From contig OX597832.1 of the NCBI GenBank assembly GCA_951406725.2, positions 10,540,001 to 10,604,000 on the forward strand: 64,000 nt of DNA, read 5' to 3'. Position 1 is the stretch's first letter. Every line of letters begins with the position of its first letter. The notes under the pieces are model-generated. The model saw only the letters and a list, made by a program, of their open reading frames with translations. It searched no databases and was not told where the DNA came from. Shown here piece after piece: positions 40,630-54,984 of the stretch. A program made the translations under genes and the position numbers. The DNA is from Octopus vulgaris. Its lineage: Eukaryota.

Positions 40630-41842
40630 TTATTCGAATTATACAAACACAGTATTGATACAGAATTACATTAAAAGATAAAGTCACACACATATATACA
40701 CATATGTGTGCTTCACATATGCACATTAATCTTTGGCAATATATTCCAAGTGAATGTTTTAAATATTACTGATGTGGAGGGAATACGGCAGTTCCCATTA
40801 CATTTTCTATACTTCTATATTAGAATGCTATGTTACTGAAGGAAGAATGCAAATTTTGTGTCTTCAGCTCCATCGATTTGCATACATGCATTTAGTTTCT
40901 TTCTGTAGTTTATAAATATTATTCGAGAATATCTTAGGGGGATGAGATTGTCCACTTCATTATTCATCGAGTTATCTTTAGTTGCATTCATTTTAATTTC
41001 AAAGTAAACCGTACAAAATAGCCTTATAATAATTATTTTATGTATGTACTGCGTGTGACAGAAATACAACATGTGTGTGCATGCGACAGGTTTTAGTTCA
41101 AAATGCCATCATTAATTCCTTAAAATATAAGTATGTTGAAAATGTATAGCATTGGTATTTAAGAAACGTTTATGTAACCTGTTTCTTGACATAAAACTAT
41201 CTAAATTTGTGGAATCGAAGTGAAATTTAAGAAAGATGAATATTCTAAAGGATTTCATGTTTGGTTTCGAAACCTTTGCTGGGATTCATTTCAAAAACCG
41301 ATCTAAGTTCATATTGAATACATATTTTAAAATATATATTTGCTTTATTTTGTTATATATACAATATTTATTTAAGAACATAGCTTTATAGAACATAATA
41401 ACTGATTTGGGGCTTAATATATAAATATTACCTATATAATTTCCGGCAATATTAATATTAGATGTGCAGGTAATTACTTTCGTTGATGGATATTTATAAT
41501 TATTGTTTATTTCTTAGATCTGTGTATGTGTTCGGGATTAGCGACTATAAAAGAGCGTAGGTGAGTGGGTATGCGTCGGTGAGAGAGAAACACACAAGGA
41601 CAGGCATTGATTTTAGTTACTATTTTCACCCTCCGCAAAAAATCCTAAATTTTATTTAATTTACTTTGCGGGAAGGAATGTTTTAACGAAGTCGCGTCTT
41701 GTTCTCATCTTCGAAACACGGATTAGATAAAACAGGGGACAACTGATGAAGGGAATGTTCTTTATGTTGCATGTCCTGTTTTTTTTCTGTTTGTTTGATT
41801 TTTTCGTTGTTCGAAAAAATTTCGTTTTCTGTGTTTTTTTTT

Positions 41843-41993
41843 ACGACGGGCTTCTTTCAGTTTCCGTCTACCAAATCCACTCCCAAGGCTTTGGTCAGGC
41901 CGAGGCTATAGTAGAAGACACTTGCCCAAGGTGCCGCGCAGTGGGACTGATAAGTGGTTGATAAGCACGTTACTTACCACACAGCCACTCCTG
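41843..41993 (-). mobile_element. SINE family A, 5' part
   Basis: acgacgggcttctttcagtttccgtctaccaaatccac...cttaccacacagccactcctg. Confidence 0.85.
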
Positions 41994-42091
41994 TGAATTC
42001 ACATATGCATGTGTGTATAAATGCGTACATTTACATATTCGTGTACACATATGCATGCACATACAGGAGTGTGTATGTATATATGTGTGTG

Positions 42092-42159
<68 letters not shown>

Positions 42160-42567
42160 GCGTGGGCGTGTTGTCTTATATGTGCGTGTGTGCGTATAAA
42201 ATTATTATAAGGATGTATGTACATATATATGCATGTATACAGTGTACGTGAATACCTTTGTTACACTCAGACTCGTTAATTTTCATGTATGTTTCTCTTT
42301 TGAAAATCTAGAAATGCTTTTTTCTTTTTGTGTAGGATGTTTTGTAATAATGTGTGCCCAACATTAATTCACACCTTTTCATTCTACTGTCATAAGTATT
42401 TTATAAAAACGCGAAACGTTGAACTCATATGCTAAACTTTAACAATTCCTGTCACGACATGAATCCATGTTTAAAATAGGTGCAATTTCCAGTGCATTCA
42501 CTGATAATTAGTAATAAACCTAGCATACCTTTCTTATTGCATGTGGAGAAAGTTTTTTTTTTTACAT

Positions 42568-43020
42568 GGGAGTTGTTGTGTGGTAAGAGATTTCTTCCAA
42601 GCCGAATAGTTCTTGGTTCAGTCCCACTGCATGGCACTTGGTCGAGTATTTTTTACTCTAGCCTCTAGTCGATCAGGGCTATGTGAATGTATTTCATAGA
42701 CGAGACTGAAAAAATCTCGTTGTGTGTGTGTGTGTGTATGCGTGTTTGTATGTGTGTATGCGTGTTTGTATGTGTGTGTGTGTGTGTCTATGCGTGTTTG
42801 TATGTGTGTCTGTTTGTTGTCCACCGCAGCTTGACAACCGGTGCTGGCGTGTTTACTTCCCTGTAGCTTACCAGTTCCGGAAAAAGCCGACAGAATAAGT
42901 ACCAGGCTTTAAAAAATAAGTAGTGGAGCCTTCTCTGTCTATCATTAGACTAAAAATTCTCCAAGAGGCTGCCCCAGCATGGCCACAGTTTAATAATTAA
43001 AACAAGTATAATATAAAGAT
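42568..43020 (+). mobile_element. SINE family A, older copy
   Basis: gtgtggtaagag...ggttcagtcccactgc...gcttgacaaccggtgctgg...ccagcatggccacagt. Confidence 0.8.
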
Positions 43021-43404
43021 AATACACCTATACACACACACACACACACACACTTATATAGGGAGAATATACAGATAGATCTAAATATCTTTTGGGTTTT
43101 ATGATTTCTACCGTGGTTGCGTGAGTGCAACTATTTAGGTTACTGAGAAATAGAGTCTGCTGCTATATTGCCTTCTCTCTTATTAATTCCTAATATTAAT
43201 GAGAAGTTTGTTTTCCATCATTCTCGCTCTTTCATACATAAATACGTGTGTGCTTTGTGAAGATGACAATTGCACATACTCAAACACACGAACACATATA
43301 GAAATATATAGATCAATACACAGAAGAGTATTTATACATAAATACATATTCACTTCTGATGCATACGTAGATGAACAAAAACAGAAGTAGGTACACACAC
43401 ACAC

Positions 43405-44146
43405 ATATCTGTCAATCTGTATCTATCTTTCTCTCTACATCTCTAGCTATTTATCTATCTCTTTATCTCTCTATCTCTCTATCTTTCTATATCTATGTAT
43501 CTACCTCCATCTATCTATGTATATCTCTATATCTATATCAATATCGATATCTCTCTATCTATATCTTCATCTATACCGATATGTCTCTATCTATATCCAT
43601 ATATCTATCTACATAAATTGTCTACACTCACACACAGAAAAATATATCCTGTTGCGCATTTGTTTATATTTGAGATTGAGCATGAAAGTTCAATTGCTGC
43701 GTAAAAATATTGTATGACACTTCTCTCAATATGTATACACACGCATGCACACACACACATAGACACAGAGTATTTGTGCATCAGTATAAATACACACACA
43801 CGTGCGCATGTATGTCTGTATTATGTGAATATATATGCTTGTCTGTATATGAATATGTATATGTGCATGTATGACTGCATGTGTATATGCATGCATGTGA
43901 GTAAGTGTATATATGTGTATTGATATACATGAATATATGTGTATGAACATACGTAAATGTGCATACATATACGAGTGTATATGTGTATATATGCGTATGC
44001 ACTTGTGTATATGTGTATACATAGGTATGCATATACGTGTGTGTGTATGCTTGTACGTGTGTGTATACGTATGCATATACCTGTGTATATATATATATAC
44101 ATGTTTATATATACGTGTGTACTTGTGTTTATGTATCCATGTATCT

Positions 44147-44210
<64 letters not shown>
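43405..44210. repeat. Degenerate (TCTA)n and (TA/TG)n microsatellite field
   Basis: Read directly; source of many spurious ORFs. Confidence 0.9.
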
Positions 44211-44214
<4 letters not shown>

Positions 44215-44564
44215 CCCCTTGCAATCAAGGAAGTCTTTGTAGCGTGCGCCGTTATGCACCTACTGTTTTCAGGCGACTTATATAGGTAGTGGCTGTGGTG
44301 ATGCTCATAGACGTTTAAAACTAGTCAGATAGGAACATCTTCGAATGCGGCAGGTAGGTGGGAGTGTTCTACGGGTAACTACAGAGACACATATTTCTAC
44401 TGAGAAAAGAGGGCTATCTTGAATCTTAGAGCATTATTCAAGGACACAGAGATTTACAATGTCAAGGAATTAATCATGAAGACAGTTTGTTAAATATTAC
44501 GCAAAGCACATCTCCACAGATCTTTCTACGCCTTTCATCTTCTATGTTTATTTTTTAGCTTAGC

Positions 44565-44780
44565 AGCCGTGATGTGGTATAATCGTTAGAAAGCCGGTTG
44601 AAAATCTTTAGCGGCATTTCGTCTTTCATTACGTTCTGAGTTCAAATTCCGCCGAGGTCGACTTTGCCTTTCTTTAGTTCGGGGTCTACAAAATAGTTAT
44701 CAGTTGAGAACTGGCGTCGATGTAATCGACTTTCCTACTTCCAGAAATTGCTGGTCTTGTGACGAAATGTGAAACTAATA
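44565..44780 (+). mobile_element. Old family-B-related SINE
   Basis: acgttctgagttcaaattccgccgaggtcgactttgccttt. Confidence 0.75.
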
Positions 44781-47700
44781 TTACTTCCAAAATCTTTTTA
44801 ATACTTCTCCATTCGCCTGGGAGACCTCCTTTTAACTGAGTAACTATAGTTACTCATATCATATCATTCATACGTCCTTTTTTAATTGTCTTAAGATCAG
44901 TCTTCAGTTATTTTTGTGTTTTGGTGGGTGGGGTATCAAATGTTTAGTTTCTTATAAAATTTTAATTTGTCACTGTTCAATTTAAGGTTGTACTATAGCC
45001 TAGCTTTTACCTTCTCAATTATTTCTAAAAGGTATTTCTTCCCTTTTCTATCAAAAACTTTATTTACTTATTTCTTCCCAAAAATAGCCATAAATTAAAA
45101 ATTCCATAATTAAGATAAATAAAAATAATGGACACTGATTTTAGTTCTGAGTAAATATTTTAATTTCAAAAACTATAGCTTAAATTATGAAATAAAATTA
45201 TTCATGAGTTCATAATTCGGATAAAGATAAAAATGTGTTGTTTAAGATAATATTTTGTTGAGAAAAATGCAAGATTAAACGAAGCCCATTTGTATTTTCC
45301 AAAGCTGTTTCTAACTCACGACGCAATTCTGAAAGCAAGACAGGAAGTTATAATAGTGCTTTTTTTGTTTTTGTTTGTTTTTTTAATATGCACAAGGAAA
45401 TACCCCTGGTTGTCGGTGATACTTATTTGAAAAACAAATACAAACATAATTGACAATGAAGACTAACTTTACTTCTGAAAAGCGTGCGACAGAATCTCAA
45501 CGTGGACGGATTCTCCAAAGTTGATAGTATAATTCAAAATTAGAAACTGCATGCCCAAGAAATAAAATTTTTGTTTTAGTGACGTAATGCAGATAAAACA
45601 TCATAATTTCACATTGCTAATCCATATATAAAATATATATAATACCATTACCTACAGATTCCATCTTTCAAATTTCTCGTACTCCTGTCAGTCTCAGGAG
45701 TATATTTTAAGAATATTTCTTTTGTTTCTTGTTTTCTTCGAGTTTCAACTATTTGTGTTCATTTTGTTAATCATTTTCTTTCTAACGTTATAATCTTTAT
45801 TGTACAACACGTAGTCTAAATTTTATAGTGTAGTACATCTCGCTATTCCCTTTCTTCTGTTCATATCCCGACTTTTCTTTTATCGTTGTTTTCTTTTTTC
45901 TTTAACTGTTTTGCTTAAGTTGCCTTCCTTCGTTCACGCACATTCTCATAATTTCATAATGTGTTCCTTTCATTTATTCTCTTTCAGGTTCTTTACTTGC
46001 GATTTCTCTTTTTCTGCCTATACTTTGTATTTTTTCTCCATTTTCATATTCATCTATTTCTTGTCAACAATTTCCCTCATTCATTCTTACCGTATTACTT
46101 ACTGATTCAAACCTTTGTAACATACATTGATCCTGTTTATATTTACAGGTTTCATCTGAATACATTATCCTTTTTCGTTCACACAGCTAACATTCACCAC
46201 CTTTCTTTTAATATCAAATTCAATATTTCTTAGCTTTATCATTTCCTGCTTCTACCTTTCTCATTGCAGCAATACAATGAACGCCTTCTTTATTCTCTAT
46301 ATTTTAAAGGATTTACGACTTCATGGCCTTCTTTGCCATTGTCTATGCATCTCAGGTTCTACATGTCGCTATACCCATGTTCGTATACAACCGTGTAAAT
46401 GTATCTGTTTATATATATGTTTGTCTCTGTATTTGTGCGTCCCTACTCGAACACGCGCACATAAATGTACATTAACGTGAATTAACCTGTTGATAGGAAT
46501 TTCCTTCCATTCACCGCTCACTGGATTCTGTGCTAGCTGCAATTAATTTATATTCTATATTTTTCCACAAAAGGCCGAAATTAGACAAAAAGAAATTCTT
46601 CTCTCATCACTGTTGATGTATATCCAATTAAAGCGCCATCCTCTCACTGCATCAGTCGTATAAGCATATCCTTATTTATCCTAGTTTGTGCACACTGAAA
46701 CTCGAAAATATTTCCTCAGACATCTTGTATGTCTTGCAATTGGCCTGTTTCAGACTTTGTTTTAACCTATTTTCTCAATTTCTCATGTCCACTGAATTAT
46801 ACTGCACATGAATACACGGACACACACACGGACATGAATACACGGACACACAGAGACACACTCACACAAAACATATTACATTTATTTCTCTCAACCTAAA
46901 TTATATATTGGTGTATTTTTACATGTATATATTACCTTCAGTTATTCAATGCTGGTCTTTGTTTTGTTTTTTCCTCCTTTTTCTAATTATCATGGGAATC
47001 GTTTGGTCGTGGGAAAATTTAATTTGCAGAATATGCCTCAGGTATTTTCCGAGTTCAACTTCTGCTTTCACCAGTCCAGGGCTAATAAATGAGTACCGTT
47101 AAATTTGAGGCGTCAACAATATTGACACCCTCATCTGACGCTGTACGTAAATAAATATGATGGTCTAGGACGTAAATCAAAAATAATCGATCTTATTATC
47201 GGACAAAAGTTTGCCGTATTTATTTCATTTTCTTAACGTTTACATTTCAAATCGTGACGATATCAACTTTGCCTTCCATCACTCCAGAATAAATAAAATA
47301 AAATAGCAGGCAACTACTGGGTCGAGGTAACAGATGAAATTATCTCCCTTCAATATTGCTGCCCTTGTACCAGGTTACTACTTCAAAACTCAGTACACTC
47401 TTTGAACGCAGGTGGTCATATCGAAATTTTCCTACATTCATTAGATTTAACCACCGCAAAAGCACGTGGCACTTCCCGTTCCCGTTTTCAATATTATTTA
47501 TTGCTTAACTATTTTATTCGTATGTGATATCTGCCTTCATTTTTCTCCAAGCTTCCACAGTGGTTCTGAAACATCTACCTCACTTTCGATAATTTGTTTT
47601 GTCATATATTTTTCTTTCATTCGTTTAAGTTTTGGAGTACAGGAAGATAATGGCATATTTTAACTTTAGAACGGTAGGTTAAATGAGAAGTGTGACAAAC

Positions 47701-48293
47701 TCACTATTTGCTCAGAGAAAAATACACTTTTGACACCACTTTAAAATGCATAATAAATTACATAAGATCTTGCGTCCCTTTACATATGAGCTTGGAGCGA
47801 TGACAATTTCTTTATCTTCGACGGCACTTGAATGTAAACATCTTTCAGTCAGTAATATGAGAAATAGTTCTGTGTTGCGAAATAATGCAGTTTTATAGTG
47901 CGAAAAAAAAAATTACATATCAATCTTTCAGAAAAAATCTGATGAGCAGATATAGGCTGGTAAAAAACGAAATGTTTCGCGCATGTACATATTGTTGAAG
48001 GACCGATAATATATTGTTTTGCTTTTAATAGGCAAATTTTGCCTGTATCCATTTTGGTTGAAGATCAGGTATATTTTCAAACATAATTGATTAAATATTC
48101 GGTACTTTTGAGTAACACAATGGGAAATTAAAGAACCGTATTTTTCCCCTGCCCCCAAATTTTCTTTACTCGGATATCAGGTAGGTAGTTTTCATTTACT
48201 TGTAGGAAGTCATTTGACTTGTAGTAAGATGAGAACCTATAGTGACAAAACGTATTAAAAAAATAAATAAATGAGTGATACTTAGTGTGAAAG

Positions 48294-48545
48294 TGGAGGC
48301 GCGTGGGTTAGTGGTTAGGGTGTCAGCATCATGATCGTAAGATTGTGGTTTCGATTCCTGGATCGGGCGACGCGTTGTGTTCTTGAGCAAAACACTTCAT
48401 TTCACGTTGATCCAGTCCACTGACCTGGCAAAAATGAGTAACGCAGCGATGAACTGGCGTCCCATCCAGCTGGGGAACACCTACGCCATAGAAACCGGGA
48501 AACCGGGCCCATGAGCCTGGCTAAGCTTTAAAAGGGCGCATTATT
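48294..48545 (+). mobile_element. SINE family D with TSD
   Basis: tRNA head tagtggttaggg..ggtttcgattcc; body ttgtgttcttgagcaaaacactt..gaactggcgtcccatccag; TSD ttagtgtgaa on both sides. Confidence 0.85.
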
Positions 48546-49093
48546 TTAGTGTGAAGCTAATCGCCGAGTCAACTCAACTGGTGTAGATAAATGAAGTGTC
48601 AGCAATAGGCCATTGATAGATTATCAAGCAACTGAAGATTTCCAGAAATATCGGATTTCAAGATATTCATAGAATTCCGTTAAATATACATACAATTGCT
48701 AATAAATCTACAAAGCGTCACTTAAAAAGCCTCCACACAGCCTTTCAATATGCCAGAAATACCAGCCAATATTAGTAACATGACACGTACCTTCCTAAAG
48801 TAGAAGGGCTCATTGGGCTCTATAGTTTTAGATACACCTTTTTTTCAAATAACAAATTGATCACTGGTTTTCGGCCAATTTTAAGCTGATCTTGATAAAA
48901 TTACAAATATTATGAGTTGCTAGTCATTTAACTTGTATGATAAGTGGTTGTTTTGTTTTGTCGGTAAAATTCGAAAGATTTTTTCAAATTGTTTCTATAC
49001 AACAACAATCATTTGTTTTCAGTATGACCATAATAAATACGCTTTGTCATTTTTGGAATGGGAAATATTCTTGTTATTTGCTGCTCTGTCTGT

Positions 49094-49139
<46 letters not shown>

Positions 49140-49639
49140 GTGTACATTTAAACACAAAGAGAAATAACCTATAACAGGCAATTTCTACACGCTAGGAGAC
49201 AGCCAAGTTATAGGTAATTTCTATTTGTCTTTAAATGAATACTATTTCATATTGAATAATATGTCGTCTATTGACTGTTTATGCATGCTAGGCCACTGGT
49301 AGTGAAATTTGCAAAAAAAATACTACCTTATATATATATATATATACACCCTCATCATTGAAATTCTTTCTTTTAGACAGATAGAGATATATATGAGTAG
49401 CACATGATATTGTTCTGATGCTTTTAAAACTGAATGTCTCAGTTTACCGTTCAGATTACCCAAACTATAGTTTGTACAAGTATTGTTGAATTTAGGGTGT
49501 AAAACTGATGATTCTATGAAGAGCATTGTTTAAAAAGCGAAACCTACAGCTAGCATTGTTTTTTGTTGCTTGTTTTTTTTTTGTTTTTTTTTTGTGGAGC
49601 AATGTTTGGTGTATATTCTTCACAATGTATCCAGTTGAA

Positions 49640-49852
49640 AAGGCGGTGATCTAACTGAAGCGTTATCCCGCCGGACAAAATGGTTAGCGGAATTTCGTGA
49701 CTTTTACGTTTTGAGTACAAATTCCGCCGACATCGACTTTGCCATTCATCATTTCAGGGCCGATACAATAAGCATCATTATAGAAGTGGGATCGATGCAA
49801 TCAACTTAATCTCTCTCCCTAAACTACTGGCCTTGAGCAGAATTTTGAAACC
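49640..49852 (+). mobile_element. Old family-B-related SINE
   Basis: aggcggtgatct..aaattccgccgacatcgactttgcc. Confidence 0.7.
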
Positions 49853-50254
49853 AATACATATATCTAGTGGTGGAAACTTTTCCCCATTCACAATGGGTAA
49901 TTGTATTCAGCAAAGACATATACTAACATTAACTAGAATCAATTAAACTTCAGATTCTACCGAGATCAACATTGCTTATTATTCATCTATGTTGGTTAAA
50001 ATAAAGTAGCCGTCTAGTACTGAAGTCAGAAAACCGAATGCAATTATTCTCAAAATTGGAGAGTTTATGTTAAGTCAGAATAATATCGGTATTTGTGCAG
50101 CGTGTGGACTGAAAATGTCTTTCGTAGAATTGAGAGTAAAGCCTATCTGCGTCATGTTGATGAAATACGAATCGATTTCAAACCCTTAATTTGTTTATTG
50201 TTACGTTCTTTGCCGTGCATAGTGCATCAATTGTTATCTTAGGTTTCATTTTTT

Positions 50255-50607
50255 TTTTACTTGTCATTTGACTGCAGCAATGCTTGATCACCGCCTAGAA
50301 GGGAATTTTAGTCGAGCAAATTGACACCAGAACCTTTTAAAGCCTAGTATAAATGCTGTTGATGTCATGTGCCCAGTCTCTAAATTATGTAAACGTAAAT
50401 GTAAATACACCATCACCGGTTGTCAAGCGGTAGTGGGGAGGGGAAAACACCCGCATCCACACCCACACAGATGTGTGTGTCTGTGCGTGTGTACGACGGG
50501 CTTCTTTCAGTTTCCATTTACTAAATCCACATACAAGGCTATAGTCGGCTCGAATGTGCCACGCAGTGAGACTGAAGCCGGAAACGTGGTTGGGAAGCAA
50601 GTTTCTT
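50255..50607 (-). mobile_element. SINE family A split by the ORF1-only element; its head continues at 52411-52446
   Basis: ...ggttgggaagcaagtttctt | insert | ggaagcaagtttcttgccacagagctacgactgcgc. Confidence 0.75.
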
Positions 50608-52410
50608 TATTTCTTTTAAAATGCCGTAAAGACATTACAAAAAGGGGGACACTACAACGTATGTGGCGACATGAAACAAAAATATGAAAATCAAATATGA
50701 TATAATGAATGACACAAGAACATGAAAAACAAATTTAATATAACATGAATGATATCTGAAAATGGATACTATGAAGCGTGTGCTACTCACCCCACACTGA
50801 GTAACATCGCTCGCCGCCTCTGGGTCGTAAGCTCTTTTTCTCCTTAAGTTCAATCATTTTTCCCCTTTCTCCAGCATTTAGTGACATCATTCCCTCCGCC
50901 ATGCATTTGTAACCTTCCTCACTGGTGGCGGGGGTCTTCTAAATTTTGTGGTGTCTGTTCATTCTTTTTCTATTTTTTCTTGTGGGCAAATGGTGTAGGT
51001 GGGTTTGGTGTCTGTATGGGGAGGGTGGGTCTGAGTGGTCATGGGTGGGATGGAGTTGGACCGAGGTACCACATCATACTCATTATTTTTTCTTCTTTTT
51101 CTCTTTCTCCTGCTCTCTTTAACTTTCCATTCTTCCCCATTCTTCCTCCTTTCCCCCGTCTGTCATTTCTTCCTCTCTTTTCTCTTCCGTCTCCACAACT
51201 GTTTCCTCAGCCATGGGCAGTATGCTCTAATGTAGCCCTTTAGGCCACATTTAAAACAACGTGGTACTCTGTCCTCTTCCCACACCCTCTACACGATTGC
51301 CCTCAACGTCACCATATCTGCCAACTTCTCCAGTTGACCCTCCTGTCTGAATAAGGAGTTCAAGAGTCCTTCGTTTCCAACCTCCTACTTCCGTTTCTCT
51401 GCCTTGGAGGACAGCCACCTTCACCTCGCTTCCAACAAGAACAGCTGCCGCCAACCAAGCCACATCTGTATCCGGTGGAATTGCTTCTACCCTCACCTTG
51501 GAAGTCTTTCTTCCAAGGTATGTGAGCAGAAGCACTACTTCCTCTGTTTTTTATCCAAGGGCTGGCTCACAAATTTGCGAGCCACCTCAGGGGCGTCATA
51601 TAAAAGCCATACCGTTGCATACTTGACACCCCTAGAAATAAACTTTATAGTTGGCAGATGCTCTGCCAACTCTTTCTCTATTTCAATTTTAGGAAAGACT
51701 GTGATGGTTTCGAGTGACTTTGAATATGTCCTCCACACCACCGGCCTTTCCTCTAAGTCTTCTAACCACTGATCGGGTGGGACAAACTCCCACTCCAACA
51801 CAGAGTTCGTTTTCTCTGACATGTTTTGGAAAAAGAAAAGTTCACACAAAAACAGCGAAAGATTAAAACACAAAAAAGGAAAGAAGGAAGAAGGAAAGAA
51901 AAACAGTCCAAAACACGGCGACTTCAATCTTCCGGCCAATTGATATGGCAACAGGAGCACAACAACCGGAACAAAGCTTCGCAAATTTCAACAATAAATT
52001 GATACAAAAATTGGTAAAATATTTCACAATATTTGGAGGTGGAATACGCCTCCAAAATATTCCACACAATCTTCCGTCCACTATTACTCCAGCCCGACCA
52101 AATAGTAGAAGGGACACGGCCACAGGAACACAAAAACAACGTTCACAATTTTTGGAGGCGAGATATGCCCCCAAAACAAGTTACTTCTCACCGCTAAGTG
52201 AGATACTTATGCCAAACTGCAGGCAGACAAATGTCCGGAATCCAGTGACTAGATTGGAAAGAAAAATTAAACACCAAACAACAAACCCCTAGTGAACTCC
52301 AAAAAACAAAAGTCTTGCAGCTGATCTTCACTAGTTCAATAATTCACGAAGCTAGTGTCCAGCGTCGTGACTCCTCTCAGTGTAAAGAAAACACTGACAC
52401 ACGCATGCGC
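50608..52410 (-). mobile_element. ORF1-only zinc-knuckle retroposon, copy 2 (1803 bp) with 15-bp TSD
   Basis: TSD ggaagcaagtttctt at 50593-50607 and 52411-52425; ORF from ATG 51822: WRTYS..IEKEL..FISRGVKYATV..TYLGRKTSKVRVEAIPPDTDVAWLAAAVLVG..RCFKCGLKGYIRAYCP; no RT. Confidence 0.85.
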
Positions 52411-52479
52411 GGAAGCAAGTTTCTTGCCACAGAGCTACGACTGCGCTTATTATTGGTAGTGATTGTTTTTCTTTTTTCA

Positions 52480-53270
52480 TAAACGTATTTCTATTTCAGT
52501 CTCATTGTATTCTAATGGTGTCTTGATATTTTTCTAGGTGACAATTTGATCTGAATGGAATAAGATATCTGTCAAATTACAGCGATAGTTGTCAAGTTAT
52601 TAAAAATTATATCTGAGCTGTTAGCCCTAATCTGGTTATCAGTCTAGTTTTGTTGACTATATTTTTTCCGATTATAATAGATTTTTCTATTTTGTAATTA
52701 TACCAGTTATTATATGAATACAAGCCGAGCAAAGTGTCAGCATTGGACCCAGTCTGCATAGCTGCCAACTGAATCGTGGTTGCATATATATTTTGACTGT
52801 TCAAGAAAGCTAGAAATAATTTGGTCAATTGTTTTGTACTATTAATTTCATAATTTACACTTGACGTTCGTCTCTTATTTCTCTGTATTGTTTATCCAGA
52901 TATTTTTTTTTCTATTTGTAGTAAGACATTGATCATGTGCTGCTATCATCCCATCATCCGTTTCTGCTTTTAGTCCATAGCATCTCAGTGTAAGTTAGAT
53001 TTCATGCTGACTTATTTCCTCTATTTTGAGTCTTACAGGATATTGGCCATGGAGTTGTTTAGTCTCCAGAGTTTCTTTAGTATATTTTGGAATTCCATTT
53101 TGATTTTGTCTCCTGCGTTTTTTAAACTCATTCTTTTGTCTTTTTGTTATTATCTAAGAATTCGTTCAGTGAATATCTTGTTTCTTTGTTCATAGAGAAA
53201 TGCTTTTATTTTGTTCATTGTTCAAAATACGCTAATTAGTATCAATTAGCTTGTTACTAATTATTTTACG
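52480..53270 (-). pseudogene. Older R4/Dong-type LINE C-terminal fragment
   Basis: Minus-strand translation GLKAETDDGMIAAHDQCL..VKCKL..KTIDQIISS..YICNHDSVGSYADW..IRANSSDII matches the LKAETEG..AAQDQ / CCHC / ANRPDI consensus. Confidence 0.65.
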
Positions 53271-53761
53271 AGAAAAAATATTCTTCCATTTAATTGTCTT
53301 TTAATTGCATCGACTCCCCCTCTTTATATTACGACTATCTTCTTGATATTCCTTCTCTTTAAAAAAATGAACTGTTAATGCAGTACTACATATAAAAGTG
53401 TTGTAGATGGAATACTTAAGATCATAGGGTTTATTTGTTTGGGGTGACACAGAACTATAGAACACCATACGCAAATACAGACGCACGTAGATTTTAATAA
53501 GAGAAGCAGAAGGGTATTGCACTTACGATTGCGAGATTCGTGGTTTCCATTTCCAGACTAGCTGTGCATTTTGTTCTTGAGCAAATCTTTTATTTCACGT
53601 TTCTGTAGTTATCTCTTTAAATGGGTAACCTTGAGACGGATTGGTATACAAGACCAAGACGTTGAATCACGTAAATCACCCGAACGGAGGTTTCACGGGC
53701 AACATTTTGGATTCACTGATCGAAACAATGAATACTACAACCAAATGGTTGGTGGGTGGTA

Positions 53762-54254
53762 AAAGGCGGCGAGTTGGCAGAAACGGTAGTGCGCCGGGCG
53801 AAATGCTTAGCGGTATTTCGTCTGCCGTTACGTTCTGAGTTCAAATTCCGCCGAGGTCGACTTTGCCTTTCATCCTTTCGGGGTCGATAAATTAGGTACC
53901 AGTTTCGCATTGGGGTCGATGTAATCGACTTAATCCGTTTGTCTGTCCTTGTTTGTCCCCTCTGTGTTTAGCCCCTTGTGGGTAGTAAAGAAACAAGTAT
54001 TTCGTCTGTCTTCACGTTCTGAAAGGCGGCGAGCTGGCAGAAACATAGCACGCCGGACGAAATGCTTAGCGGTATTTCGTCTGCCGTTACGTTCTGAGTT
54101 GAAGTTCCGCCGAGGTCGACTTTGCCTTTCATCCTTTCGGGGTCGACAAATTAAGTACCAGTTACGCACTGGGGTCGATGTAATCAACTTGATTCGTTTG
54201 TCTGTCCTTGTTTGTCCCCTCTGTGTTTAGCCCCTTGTGAGTAGTAAATAAATA
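53762..54254 (+). mobile_element. Head-to-tail dimer of family B SINEs inside an older tRNA-headed SINE
   Basis: Two near-identical copies (53762-53996 and 54022-54254) joined by gtatttcgtctgtcttcacgttctga. Confidence 0.9.
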
Positions 54255-54984
54255 GGTTGGAGATGGTTGCACAACCACGTAGATGTACAAAAATGAATGA
54301 AATTGTATCTTTTGAAATGCTCTCAGAAGCTATCTAATTTTCTTACCTGTATTTTACCATTCTCTTCATTTGCAATTCAATATGTTGAAGCTGCATGTTA
54401 TTACCAATGCGACATGAATTTATAACCATTGTCCTTTTGCTAGTACAGATTTTTATTTTTTTAAATTACTGTGATATTCCTGTCGTAGTCATTTCTAATG
54501 TCATTTATTTTTGTACTGTATCTCATAACATTTTAATTTTTTGTGAGTGGATAAAATGTAATGTTCGCACTTTTAAATATTAAGTATCTTCCTCAAGCAG
54601 CTTCGCTCCATTTGTGCAGACCTCTACCGAATTTTATATCCTAGTTCAATTCATGAACAATGTTCAGTGATTTCTCCAATTGACTATTATCACTGGTAAG
54701 TGAAGAGACGTGCTGTGCTTACTTCAATATTTGAAATCGGACAGATTCTGCAACAAGGCTCCAAAAACCAGAAGGTAGAAATGAAACAGGAAGACTGAGT
54801 GAGTCCACTAACCAAGTATTCCATGGTAGGAATTGAACTACCAGTCGCAATCCGACGATTGGTGGGTATTGCAGTGTTTTTTTTTCTTTTCGCGTGATCA
54901 GAGCTACGTAGAAAAGAATAACATAAGTCGAGTTCATGCAAGATTTATTTACCTATGAATACTTGTCTGATTTTTATCATCTAC

